In this document: piece by piece, positions 50,581 through 64,000 of the stretch | Layout: every line of letters starts with the position of its first letter | Numbering within the stretch: the first letter of the stretch is position 1 | DNA from: Nageia nagi | Lineage: Eukaryota; Plantae; Pinophyta | Assembly: GCA_050084985.1 (NCBI GenBank) | Contig: JBITNC010000002.1 | Span: 34,286,001 to 34,350,000, forward strand | Direction of reading: 5' to 3' | Length of the DNA: 64,000 nucleotides | Program-made: the position numbers and the translations under genes | The notes under the pieces: model-generated | Seen by the model: the letters and a program-made list of their open reading frames with translations, nothing else | Databases searched by the model: none | Told to the model about the DNA's origin: nothing

Positions 50581-53118
50581 GGTCAGGATTAGACACTATT
50601 TTTGATATGTGTTTATGAGCATGATATTTTTTAATACATACATATATTTATGGATATGCTCATATTTTTGAAGATGTATAATGCACATATGGATATTTAT
50701 GTATGAAAGATATTATATGTTTATGGATATTTAGATATACACTATTAAATTCATGATATGATTATGGAATATTATGCATGTATTTTGATTTTATGTATTA
50801 TGATCTCTACATGGGTGAATGTTTATTTTATACATGATTATATTTATATGTTTATGGATGGTATACTACATGATGATATGCTTAAAATGTGATGGTATGC
50901 ATGTGATTTTACTTTTATTATCATGTGCAATGTATAATGTTACAGGATTACATGTATGAATATTTGGATAATGAATGGATAATGAAAATGTATGTATGGA
51001 ATACAAACAATGAGAATGTATGTATAAAACACACATGAGTAAGAAAAATGAATAACACTCATGCATGCATGTATAAAACACACAAAATAAGGTAAATAAT
51101 GCTTATATGTATGGATAAGAAATAATACAAATGTATATAATAACAACACAATAAATACATATGTGTATAAATAAAAAACAACAAATAATACCTAAATGAT
51201 AAAATGAGCACACAAAGGATATAAAAGAAAATATAATAAAAATGAATGTCATTAAACAAAATAACATGGATAGACATGACCATATAAAATGAACATACAA
51301 AAATAATGATAATAAGTAAGACATTAATGAGAAAAAGATAAATCATGTACATAGTGATAATTTATTAATAATGAAAAATAATGATAATTAAAAAATAATG
51401 ATACCTTGAAAATTAATTATAATTAAATAAATAATAGACAAGTGACAAGTAATAATAACTTGACAAACAAGGACAATAAATAAACAATAACAATTGATGA
51501 AACGGAAACACAATAGAACTATAAGAAAATACACAATAAAATAAATTAAATGACATAAGAGGAGAGACTAAGTGAGCCCACACAAGATGCCATAAAAAAA
51601 AAATGATTGGACCATAATCCCATATAACACATCATGTAATGATAACAAAAAAAAAATAATCAAATTGGCACAAAAATGACATAATGAATTAACTGAGAAT
51701 AGGGATTTAACAAAATTTTGAAAAGTGAAAAAAATGAAAAAAAAACAAACTTTAATGAAGCGTAGTAAGTGACCATCATGCTAAAGTTCCAAATAGATTT
51801 AATAACATGATTCTAGGTAATTCAATCTAAACATAGAATCAAGTTGTGATATCCTTCAATGGTCACTAAAAGGGTACCATTCCAAGTAGCCCTTGATTTG
51901 GCATTTGAAAAGATATAAAATATCACACTATGGAATAGAAATTTGACATGTGAAGAATTAGAAAAATATAGAACTAAAAATGGACATCATTTGATGCTTT
52001 AAAAAGATAAATCAAAAGGGTAATTTTAACAAGGGTTGAATTTTAAGACATGCTTGCCTAAAATTTGAAATGCTAACAAATGACTTCAAAATATGATGAA
52101 ACTGAAAGAGGTGACTCAAAATGAAATGAAAATATCATAAAAGACTAGTTTTAAAAAATGGGGGAGAAATGATGATATAACATACATGCTTATCAAGGTG
52201 CTACTCAAGGCGATGTACTGACTTAGGGAAAGCATCAAAATAATCAAGGTAGATAAAAAGGTCAAAATGGAGATAATAAACATGAATATCAATGATAAAT
52301 GAAGCATCCAAATATCAAAAAATGAAAAATGAAAATAATAAGACATGAAAACATGAATGATAGAAATGGAAAAAAGTACTAAGTGACCAAACAAGAGATG
52401 TGGCATCAAAGGGTATCAAAACATGTCACCAAGTCATCTATAACATAAGGATATCCCTCAAAAACCATGATAGTCACAATATATGGTTAGACTCAAGGGA
52501 ATTACTAAAGGAAACCTAAGGTGGATCTGACCCAGGTGGTTACATCCTCATCAAGAACCATAGATGGGACAAGGTGATAAGATACATGATTGGACATACA
52601 ATAATGTTAGTGATACAATGAAATACAAGAAATAGATAAGGATATCATGGCTCATATAGGTACATAATGGATCAAATTTTATGCATGATTAGGAATATGC
52701 TTACTCTTTTGGGTATTCAATAGATAATATCCAACAATCGACCCTAGAGGAGGAACTAGATTGATACCAAGTAATATGATCAATGCAAGTGACAAAATGT
52801 GATGATAAATGCATAAATAAAGAATGATATGACACATGATGGATAATAGATGAGTGACTACTATACTATCTCATAGTTCACACAAGTGCATGATCATGAA
52901 AAGAGGGATAGAATCTAGTATCGAATCTTGATAACCTAATCAAATGAAACAAATAGATGAATGATAAAAGGTAATAAAACATCCAAGTAGAGAATGAATA
53001 CCTATATGTAAGGTATCATCCTCCAACTTAGTGTGGATAAAATGATGAATACAATCATGAATATATGAGCAAATAAATGCAAAATAAAATATAACAATAT
53101 GGACACATGAAATAAAAA

Positions 53119-54124
53119 CTAAAGATCAAGAATAAAATGATTAAGATGAATAATACTAATAGACTCAAGCTCCTTCGATCCTTCTACATATATGAAATGG
53201 TACACACTCAAACCAATCTTGCACTTAACAATGTAGGCAACTAGCCAATTAGGGGAAAAATTATCCCTAAGAGGATGCTTAATATGGGATTGGTATTGAT
53301 TCTCTTTGAGAACAAGTTCACTAACTTGAGACTTATTAGTTGATCTAGAAACATGAGTTGATCTAGTCATCAAGAAAAATGAGTTGATCTAGTTGAGCCT
53401 GATAAGTTTCTTTATCGGGGATAAGGTCCTTGAGAAACACACATAAGAATGGGATCTCAAGCTCAAGAGGTATGACAAACTCTACATCATATATAAGAGG
53501 GAAGGGAGTAGTACCCATAGGTATATGAATGCTAGTATGATATACCTATAAAGCATACGAAAGACACTCGTACTAATTACAATGATTATCATTAACCATA
53601 TTCTTGAGAATCATGAAAATCATCTTATGGGTTGCTTTAGATTGATCATTACCTTGAGGGTAATAAGATGTATAGAATGATTATTTGATGTGATATCCTT
53701 CTTCAATATCTCACTGAAAGAACAACACTTATTCAAAAGTTGAGCTATAAAATGATGAATGGCCTAGATTTTACCTTGAATACTCCTTAAGATTTTGATG
53801 TTGTGAGGAGGAGGCATATCTATGATAGCATTTACCTTTTTAGGTTCAATATCAATACCTTGCTAAGACATGATGAAACCTAAGAGCTTACCCAATGTGA
53901 CACCAAAGATACATTTCATAGGATTCAACCTAACGTTATGCTCAAGGAGATGATAAAATACCTTGCAAAGAATTTTCTAATGTTTTTCATGCATCTTTGA
54001 TTTGGATAAAAATAATCAATGTAATATTCCACAATGTCATGCATCATGTCATGGAATATATAGATCATGGCTCTCTGATAGGTGGATCCAATGTCCTTAA
54101 TACTGAAAGGCATGACCCTATATC
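53119..54124 (-). pseudogene. pol: pol remnant: RT joined directly to the integrase core/C-terminus (RNase H region deleted)
   Basis: YRVMPF...TYQRAM.YIFHDMMHDIVEYYID, KLLGFIMS*QGIDIEPKKV..I.DMPPP, then SYYPQGNDQSKA and FSPNWL.AYIV. Confidence 0.85.
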
Positions 54125-54782
54125 TGTAGACCTTAAATAATGCATAAATAATAAATCAATGTACTATTTGGATATGATATATAATTGAAGCATATGTGTG
54201 AAATATGGAATCAAATGAATAATGGTAATTAATTTACCTTCATCGTAATCACATGAACATGAAATAACAATAACCATTCATCAATCACCATAATGCTAAA
54301 TAAGAAATGCACACCACCAATAGCCTAAGATAGGACACTGTTAGCTATGTAGGATAAGTAGATTTATGAATAAAATAAGAAATATGCAAAAATGAGATGA
54401 ATGATTTAATAGATCTATGTAGAGGTGGTGTTAGAAAACACCATTTTTGGTAGGATAAAGTGATTTTGCTAGAGTGATTTTGCTTGTGTTGGTATCTCTC
54501 TTGGAATTTTTGATTCCCTTGCATGGATCCCCTTCATGAGAGATTGTGTTGCCTTTGATGTCTCTTTATAGCAACATCTTGATCCTATTTGATTCTTGGG
54601 ATCATTGCATATTATATTTTTTGTAGTGTCTTCCTTAATGTCTGGCACCTTTTACATTGTACAATGGTCTGTTACATTGATTACATTACTTTGGGTATAT
54701 TTTTACCCCTTTTACAATAAATATTATTGATGCTATAAAATGAACTATTTAGTAAATAATAATTCATTTTTAAGTGTCTACA
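54125..54782 (-). repeat. 3' LTR
   Basis: tgtagaccttaaataatgcataa...taagtgtctaca, followed by pyrimidine tract tttttttcctct (PPT on minus). Confidence 0.9.
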
Positions 54783-56371
54783 TTTTTTTCCTCTTTGTAG
54801 GTGTGATTAAAGAAATAAAATTACATATCCAAAGAAGTAGTATAGAAGAATTTTTTTGAGAAATTTGAACTCTTTTTTTCACTGCCACTTGATGATGATG
54901 ATAAGGTTCCTTTTTTGCCCCCTTTTGGCTTGGTTTCCCCAAGAAAGCTCCTTGAGTGGTGTATCCAAGACAAAATTTGAAGAATCATGTCTCTTTTCCC
55001 CTTATGAGTTTTCTATCATGGAAGGAACTTGCTAATAGGTAGTCTTATGGTTCCATATCCAATCTATAAAATAGATGGTGTCATTTTTCCCCTTGCACTA
55101 TTCAACATTGAATCTAACCATTTCATAATTTTTTCTACTTAGGAAACTAAGAAACTTACATTCATGCCTTCATATAGAAGAGGTCACTTTATCTGTGATA
55201 AAATACCATTGATGTGGACATTGCTGATGGTGTAGGAACAATGAGCACATCATTGATGATATAGGAATAGTGAGCATGTCATTTAATATATAATTTCTAT
55301 AATATTCTATTTTCTCCTCATGATGTAGATTCCTGTAAAAAGGTGTTAGATATACCCTGCATAAAAGCATCTTGGATACATATTGATTTGTGTTATCCAT
55401 TAATAATGAGTCAATGTTGGTAATCTACTTATAATGACATCATTAGTTTTTCTTTTAATTGAGTGACCTCTCACTAGCCATATCGATGGCCATTGACGGT
55501 CATACATTTTATGTCTATGACCTGAAGATAGTATGCTTTGTATGGTTCATAGAAAAAACCATGTGGATACATAACAAGTTTCATCGTCCATTGATAATGA
55601 GTCAATATCCACATCTTGCTCATGGATACATCATTAGTTTATATTTTGAATGAAATCTCACTAGCTATATCATTGGCCATTGATGACCTAGCATTTTATA
55701 GCTATGGTTCACAGACATTATACTATCAATAATCTTTTTATCTCTTTTTTTTTTCTTTTTTTTTTTTTAAGAATGCATGTAATTGGTGATGCAATCTTTT
55801 TTGTATTCATAATCTTATTTGTATATTTATATTTTGTATATTAGAAAAATTTGTCCAAATCATAGATAAATATAATTGGAATTTTTTTTTTGATTTTTCA
55901 AGGTCTAGATTTGCATATTTTGGTTGATTTTGAGAAAGCTTTTGTAGAAAACATCATAGTGAAAAATCATAAAATTTTAATATATTTGGTGACTTGTTTC
56001 ATGATCAAAACTTACAAAAACCATATTTCATCATAGTAGGCAACATTTTGAGATTAATTTGAGCTTATTGCATGCATTTTTATCAAGATTTCAAGAGATT
56101 TTCAAAAATAACATTTTTTACATAAAAAATTGAATTTTAAAGGTTGTTTTCTTGAATTTTAAAATTTCTAGACTCATAAAACTTATCCCACATCATAGAT
56201 ATACATGCTAGTAACTTATTTTTAATCTTGCATGGCATAAAAGTGTTCATTTTATCATATTTCTTAAAGTTTTGTGTAAATATCTAGATCTTACATTTTA
56301 GCATAGATAGTACATATAAAAGTGGTTTTATTAAATATTAGAATATGATAAGTGATTAATTTGCATCTTCT

Positions 56372-56989
56372 CCTAAATAAGATAAATCAATGTACTATTT
56401 ATCTATGATATATAATTTAAGCATATATGTGAAATATGACATCAAATCAACAATGATAATCAATGTACCTTCATCGTAATCACATGAACATGAAATAACA
56501 ACAACCATTCATCAATCACCATAATGCAAAATAGGAAACACATGCCATAAATAGCCTAAGATAGCATGTTATTAGCTACTTCGGATAAGCAGATCTATGA
56601 ATGGAATAAGAAGCATGTTAAAGCGATACAAAGGATTTAACAAATCTATGTAGAGGTAGTGTTACAAAATACCATTATTGGTTGAATTGAGTGATTTTGA
56701 ATGTGTTGGTATCTATCTTGGAGTTTATGATTACCTCCTATGGAAAGATTGTGTTGCCTTTTGATGTCTCTTTATAGCAACATCTTGATCCTCTTTGATT
56801 CTTGGGATCATTGCATATTACATTATTTCTAGTGTCTTCCTTGATATTTTCTACCTTTTAAATTGCATAATGGTCCATTACATTGATTACATTACTTTAG
56901 GTATATTTTGACTCCTTTTTATAATAATTATCTTCAATGCTATAAAATAAATTATTTAATAAATAATAATTCATTTTTGGGCATCTACA
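56372..56989 (-). repeat. Internal third LTR copy (left end truncated)
   Basis: gataaatcaatgtactatt...aatcacatgaacatgaaataaca...gggcatctaca; the adjacent 56990-57920 duplicates 54783-55780. Confidence 0.9.
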
Positions 56990-58079
56990 TTTTACTCCTG
57001 TTAGGAAGTGTGATTGAAATTGAAACTACATATCCAAAGAATAAGTATAAAAGAAAAATATTGAGAACTTTAAACTCTTTTCTATATTTCCACTTGATTT
57101 TGATGATGATGATGGTCCTTTGTTACCCCATTTTGGCTTAGTTTCCCCAAGAAAGCTCCCTAAGTGGGGTAGCCAAGAAAAAATATGAAGAATTGTGTCA
57201 CTTTCTCCTTGTGATATTTCCATCTTTGAAGGAACTTTACTAGCATGTAGTCTTATGGTTACATGTTCAATCTATAAAATAGATGATGTTGTTTTTCCCC
57301 TTGCACTGTTCAACCATAAATCTAGCTATTCCATCATTTCTACTACTTAGGAAACTAATACATTTACATCCATGCCTTGATACAAAAGAGGTCACTTTTT
57401 CTATGATGAAATGCCATTGATAATATATGAATAGTGAACATACCATTGATGGTATGAGTTCTTTAATATTTTTTTTCTTCTTACGATGTAGATTCCTACA
57501 AAAAGGTTTAGATATACCCCACACAAAAATATCTTAGATAAATAATGAATTACATCATCCATTGATGATGAGTCAATGTCAATAATTTACTTATGGTTAC
57601 ATTGCCAATCTTTCTTTTAAGTTAGTGAACTTTCACTAACTATATCGATGATCATTGGTGGTCATACATTTTATGTCTATGACCCAAAGATATTATGCTT
57701 TGTATGGTTTAAAGTAAAACTATGTGGATACATAGTAAGTTGCATTATCCATTGATAATTAATCAATATCCACATCTTGCTTATGATTGCATCATCGATT
57801 TATCTTTTAAGTGAATGAACTCTCACTAGCTGGATCATTGGCCATTCGACTCCTAGTGTTTAATGTTCATGATCTTTAGGTATTATACTATCAATAATTT
57901 TATTTTTAGGAATGCATACAATTACAATTTATAGATAGTAAATACACATTGTTAGCTACATGAAAACAATACAATGAGGTAGAAAAATGAAGATGAAAAC
58001 TATAGTACATGTACCTTATGGAAGATATTTATTTTTTTCCAATGTATGAAGCCACTATATTTACACAAATAAGCATTTA

Positions 58080-61000
58080 ATGTTGATGGTATTGAAGATT
58101 TTTGGTTCTTATTTACCATCCATGGATGATAATTTGTAGGCTTTTGATCTTGTTGCTTCCACTACAACAAATGGGCCCAACCAATTTGATTTTAATTTCC
58201 CTTTAATCTCATCAATTGTATCTATCTTATTGATATTATCTTTCATTACTAAATCTCCCACTTTAAATTCATTGGATTTTATCTTCTTTCCAAATGGTCT
58301 TTTTAATTTTGCATGGTAAACCTTCTGATATTCCATTGCTTTGATATCATCAATAAGACATGTCTCTATTTCATGCGTATCTTCAATGTAAGAAGGTGTA
58401 TCAAGCTTACATATTTTCAAGATCATGTCTTCATCCTCTATCTCAATTCGTGCAAGAGAAGCTATACTTGCTATTGCATCTGCATACCTATTATTGGTTT
58501 GTGGGATGTTTTGAATTGTATACTTGTTAAATTGATCCAAAAAATCATTAACCACTATATTGTATGGTCTCAACCTTTCATCCTTGGTATCAAATATATC
58601 CTATACTTGGTTAATTACAAGCTATGAATCACCATAGACTTCTAAATATTTTATTTTCAATGTGATAGCTACTTTTAGATCCAATATCAAAGCCTCATAT
58701 TCTACCATATTATTAGTGCATTCAAAACTAAGTTTGTAAGCCATGGGGACTACCTAATTTGTAAGAAAAACTAAGATAATAGCTACCCCTAATCCATAAG
58801 AACACTTGGATCCATCAAAATACAATGTCCAAGTAGTTGGCTCATCTTCCATGTAGCACACGTACTCATCCAAGATTTACATCTAATCAAAATCATGCCA
58901 TTGATAGCCTTCTATTAGGTATACATGGTGTTGACAACATGAATCATCCTCATATTCATTTGGAAACTCTTTGTGGATCACTACTTCATCATTATAAGGG
59001 AATTATACAATGAAATATTAAATTTCTTTCTCTTTTATGGACTTTTGCTTTACCACATTAATATCAAATTCCTACAATAACATCATCCATTTTGCTACCC
59101 TACCTAATAAATGCTTATTTACCATAAGATACTTCAATGGGTTAATAAGTTAACAACAAATGTAGTGCAATATAATAGATAGTTAGTTTTTTTGTAGCAA
59201 AGACAATAGCAAAGCAAAGCCTTTCCATAGGAGTATATTTAGTTTCATAATCAATAAGAGTTTTGCTAAGGTAATAGATTGCCCTTTCTTTGTTCTCATC
59301 ATCCTTTTGATATAAAATTTCCCCCAAGGCATACAATGTGGTTGATATATATAAATAAGCACACTTTGAAAGGTCCATTGGCACTAATATATGAGGATTC
59401 AACAAGTATTTCTTGATATCTTCAAAATATTTTTGACATCTATCATCCCATACAAATTTGTATTCTTTTTTAGCAAATGAGTAAAAGGGCCTACATTTAT
59501 CTCCAAGTTTAGAAATGAACCTTATTACTGAATTGATCTTACCTTGGATACTTCTCAATTTCTTAAGATTCTTTGGAGGAGGCATGCTCACTATGGCTTT
59601 CACTTTTTTGGAATCTACCTCAATTCCTCTTTTGAATATGATAAAACCAAGTAAATTTTGTAGAAGTAACACCAAAAGTACATTTTTGAGGTTTGAATCT
59701 AAGCTTGTACCTTTTTAAAATATATAATACCTCCTCAATAAGCTCTAAATAATCTTTACCTTATGTTGACTTTACCAAGATGCCATCAACATATACCTTT
59801 ATTGATTTATGGAGTTTCTCATTGAAAATTGACACCATATCCCTTTGGTAAGTGGCACCTACATTTTTCAACCAAAAAAGCATAACCTTTCAACAAAAAT
59901 TTACCCATGGTATAGTGAAAGTAGTCTTATGTTGGTAAATAGATTGATTAGTATTTGATTATATCAAAAAATCCATCCATGAAAGACAAAGTATCATGAC
60001 TAGAAATACTATCCACAATCATATCAATATTAGAAAATGGGAAATCATCTTTTGGATAAGAATTGTTAATATCAAGGAAGTTAGTGCAAACACTTATTTT
60101 TCTCATTTGGTTTTGTAACAAGGACAATGTTAGCCATCTATTCTAAGTAATCAATTGGTTTAATGAAGCCAACATTTGAATACTTTTCTATCTCTTTCGT
60201 GACTAACAAATATTTGGAAGGATGCATTTTTCTTGGTTTCTATTTAATTGGCTTAGCTCCATTTTTAAGTGGTAAATTATGCATAATAAAAGAAGGATCT
60301 AAAATAGGCATATCACCATAAGAATAAGAAAAATTCTTTTGATGTGTGATAAATTTATTTTTATACCTTTCTTATTATGGTATATGAAGGGTTGCTCCAA
60401 CTTGAACCAAACTTTGCTCATCACTTCTTCCATTATTAACATCCACTAATTCTTTAGCTATGAATTTTAGCTCATCATTTTTCTATAATAGAGAAGGAAA
60501 TTCATTCAATCCTTATATATTACCTATATCACTATCCCTTGGTTGAATCTAAAATAGCTCATTAAAATTTACCTCTTATCCAAAACATGTATCCTCATTA
60601 ATAATATAACTTACGTGTCTCTTTTCATTAGACTTAGGAAACTCTAAATGTGCCCCAAAGTATTTTAAAATGTCATCATCAGTCCTAAAGAAATCAACTT
60701 CTAGAGGTATAGTATCATCAATCCATATATATCTATCAATATCATCAAATAGTTCAATCATATTGTATTCTTTAACAAATTTAATAGATACCATTATTTT
60801 CTTAATGTTTTGAGCACTATTCAATCCATATTTATTTTTCTATGCTTTTGAATTAGTAGGGAAAGAAGACACCCCTTACTTATATTTTCCTAAACTTCCT
60901 CCCTAACACATGTAATTTTCAACCATATACTTGTGAATAAATGGATATGGAAAGATTTTACCCATTTTTTTTTCCATGAGATCTTTTGTTGATTTGTTTG

Positions 61001-63050
61001 GATTGGGTGATGCTGATGTGATGGAACAAGATCCCTCTTCATCTTCACTATTGTCATGTCATTAATGACCTTTGGGTAGGATGGCACATCTTTAACAGCC
61101 TTCCATAGATAGAATTTTTGTCCATCCCAAGTATTTAATGGATGCAAATAGATTCATGTTCTCAATTTTGTAGATACTCATGCTTGTTTTGGAAATTTGA
61201 AGTTGTTTATCTACTTTTACCATTGATGCACATTTTTCCAAGGGTTCAATCTCATATCTAGGATAGGTCATTATGAATTCTTCCAATTATATTGTATTAT
61301 AGAAAGCATATGGTTTTGGATCACCAAACACTATATGGAACTCACTCTAATATTAAAATTTCAATCTTCTATGTACTATAGATGGGATTGCATCTATATC
61401 ATGAAGCCAAGGTCTTCCCAATATCAAGTTATATGAGAACTTAGAATCAACAACCTGATACTTAGCTAAAATTAGCTTAACTCTTGTTATTACCAATATT
61501 ATAGCTATCCCAACTAGCTTTGTAAATGAGTTATTATATACCCTAATTATAAATGTAACTTGTTCTAAGGGAGGTATTTCTACACCTTTTTCATGGAGTT
61601 GGATCAAAAACTTATGATAACATAAATTAACAATTGATCCATTATCTACCAATTTGTTTTTTTTATCTCGCTTCCATCTATCATAGGTGTGATATACAAA
61701 GCTAAGCATTCATCAAGAAGTTCCTTACTAAGCTTTTTAGATTTGTAAAAGGATATAACATCACATTTCTTGATATACCTAACCTTTTCCAAAAACATAG
61801 CAACTGACATATCTGTAGGGACTATCTCTTTTTTGAACAAGGCATATAAAATCTCCCTATGTGTTTTATATATGGATATAAGATCATACAAACTAATCTT
61901 ACAGGAGTAGTTTTTAATTGCTCAATCATATTATATGTCTTTAGATCAGGTGGGATACTTACTTATTCTATAGTAACTAGATTTCGAGCATGCCTTGGAC
62001 ACCCTCTTCATAACCCAACACAAACTTCTTTGTCAATTGAAACTATATTCACTATCATTCCTTGATTTGAATCTTTTTGATCAATTTGATATTTTTCCTC
62101 AATAATAAGATCCAAAATGGCTATCTTTACTATTTTAAAAAAAATTATAGCATGACCTTTTTGTCAATGATATGTATAATAAGCATCAAATTTTACCATA
62201 GGAACATTATCATCCTATGTTTTTTTCTTTAATGGTGACAACTATCCCCTTTTCATCAAATCCCTCATAATAAACCTCGATTGAATTGGAAAATGGTATT
62301 TTATATCTTTTGTAGTTGCAAATCTTATCAATTTAGATGTAGAGGTAGGTGCGTCAACCATGTGCACTATATTTTCTTACTTCTTTGTATATTTCAATCT
62401 ATTCTCCTTATTGTAAGGAGTGTATGTGTAATTGATTTTCCCTAACTCAATCAAAACTTTTTCCTTTTGCAATAACTCTTGTTTAAATACTCCAAATCCA
62501 ACATTCTTGTTACTAAGAGCATGCAAATTGATAATAGGGAAGATAGAATCTCTAAATATACCACAAATTTCATTTTCATCTAATTTTCTTTGAATGGATT
62601 ACCATTCCTTTTTGAACCATGGAATATACTTTTCTAGGGTTTTGTTGTTCCCTTATCTCATGGTCCATAATTCTATAACTATTCCTTGCTATTTGATATG
62701 GTCCTTGTATTATCCCACGAATACTTTCACCAATAACTTGAAAGAATTGATTGAAACTCCAAGTAAATTATAGAACCATTGACTAGTGTCACCTTTATGA
62801 ATCCTTGCAAAACATTTAGCCATCAATTTCTCCTTTGACCCTAATTTCAACAAGCACTCCTCTTGAAAACTAATAAGATGTTGTTTTGGGTCTTTGTAAG
62901 CACTAAGCATCTTGAACTTGGGGGCCTTTTACTCAGGTGGTAGGGGATAATTATGGATCTCCTATAACAAGGGTGAGGTAAATACACCATCCTAATCTTC
63001 TTCACTTTGTTGGGGTCTACTATTATTATCAATATTGGTAAGTATTATGA
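58080..63050 (-). pseudogene. pol: gag-pol remnant with archaeal-type RNase H and deleted integrase core
   Basis: gag DPKQHLISFQEEC..QWFYNL; PR VDNGSIVNL..YNLILGRPWLH; RT KDDFPF..ID, LKNVGATYQR, YVDGIL; RH RAIYYLSKTL; aRH WTLYFDGS..TNNMVEYEAL..YGDS; INT tail FKVGDLV..NWLGPF. Confidence 0.9.
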
Positions 63051-63268
63051 CTTTGATAGGATCTAGCCCTATCGATGAACTACCAGAACACCTTAGTGTA
63101 TATAACTCCTTGTACAAATTGCCTACTTCTTAAAGAATATCTCAAAGCATTTGCTCTATTTTCATGCTACTAATGACCTAAAAATAGGTTTATAAATATC
63201 TTTGATGGTGTGGATTTGTTACATAATTCTCACGAGATCTCATTAGTAGGGAAAGATTTATCAAAATA

Positions 63269-63281
63269 GTCGGGTTCACCA
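63269..63281 (-). promoter_or_regulatory. Primer binding site (tRNA-Trp)
   Basis: gtcgggttcacca 2 nt from the 5' LTR, the same as 17005-17017. Confidence 0.8.
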
Positions 63282-63283
63282 AA

Positions 63284-63928
63284 TAAAGACCTTAAATAAT
63301 GCATAAATGATAAATCAACATACTATTTGTATAAGATATATAATTGAACCATATTTGTGAAATATGGTATCAAAAAAACAATGATAATCAATGTACCTTT
63401 ATCACAATCACATGAACATGAAATAACAGTAACCATTCATCAATCACCATAATGCAAAAAAAGAAATGCATACTGCCAATAGCCTAAGATAGTATGTCAT
63501 TAGCTACATGGGATAAGAAGATCTATAAATGGACCAAGAAATATGCAAAACCAAGATGAAGTATTTAACAAATCTATGCAAAATGGTGTTACAAAACACT
63601 ATTTTTGGTAGGATAGAGTGATTTTGCATGTGTTGGTATATCACTTGGAATTTCTAATGCACTCGCATGGATCCCCTTTCATGAGATATTATGTTGCTTT
63701 TGATATCTCTTTATAGCAATATCTTGATCCTCTCTAATTCTTGGGATCATTGCATATTACATTATTTATGGATTCTTCCTTGATATTTGACACTTTTTGC
63801 ATTATACAATGGTCCATTATATTGATTATATTACTTTGGGAATATTTTGATCCCTTTTTAGAATAAATATCCTTAATGCTATAAAATGAATTATTTAATA
63901 AATAGTAATTCATTTTTAGGGATCTACA
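63284..63928 (-). repeat. 5' LTR
   Basis: taaagaccttaaataatgcataa...gggatctaca, homologous to 54125-54782. Confidence 0.9.
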
Positions 63929-64000
63929 CTATCAATAAGTCCTTTAAGGGGTCATGAATCTTATTTTATGTTGATCTTTGGGACTAACCCAAATTTGGTT

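Larger units (their letters stand above)
54125..63928 (-). mobile_element. Tat-type gypsy element with three LTR copies, nested in the RT of the older element
   Basis: LTRs at 54125-54782, ~56372-56989 and 63284-63928; TSD atatc/ctatc (1 mismatch); removing the element restores TY*YRVMPF; order gag-PR-RT-RH-aRH-INT. Confidence 0.9.
45687..64000 (-). mobile_element. Old Tat-type gypsy element, host of the nested 54125-63928 element; probable 3' LTR ~45687-46633; continues beyond the window
   Basis: LTR-like end ttttaggtatttACA followed by tattcccctttt (PPT aaaaggggaata on minus); INT and RT remnants at 53119-54124; RT resumes at 63934-64000 (NQIWVSPKDQHKIRFMTP). Left boundary uncertain. Confidence 0.65.

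Noticed and set aside
50600-52410. Hydrophobic Y/I/F-rich ORFs
   Set aside because: Low-complexity A-rich non-coding interior of the old Tat element.
53119-58573. Complementation between the nested elements (one lacks RNase H, the other the integrase core)
   Set aside because: Both are full of stops and frameshifts, and the host RT is split by the insertion.

Overview
AT-rich, repeat-dominated plant intergenic DNA, most likely gymnosperm/conifer (inferred from the TE types and the many PPR fragments). I see no intact host gene. Left to right: (1) a ~4 kb near-spacerless inverted duplication of the last exon of an MYB98/MYB119-like R2R3-MYB gene, with both arms pseudogenised, followed by a ~2.2-2.5 kb tandem duplication. 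(2) A relatively young 7.7 kb Ty3/gypsy Tat-type LTR element (10157-17893, minus strand, TSD CAACA, tRNA-Trp PBS) that has gag but no pol. It carries an antisense, two-intron Plant Mobile Domain (PMD) gene with a candidate TATA box and poly(A) signal, a palindromic motif GGACCG-N4-CGGTCC repeated in the LTRs, promoter region and intron, and tandem arrays of hairpins that pair better on the element's sense strand. This is the best candidate for an undescribed system. (3) Decayed LINE, CRM-like gypsy, MULE/SWIM, Copia-derived, CACTA and hAT remnants interspersed with PLS/E/DYW PPR fragments. (4) An old Tat element with a probable second antisense PMD, whose RT is interrupted by a three-LTR Tat element (54125-63928). 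All alignments, translations and folds were done by eye; boundaries of old elements are approximate.
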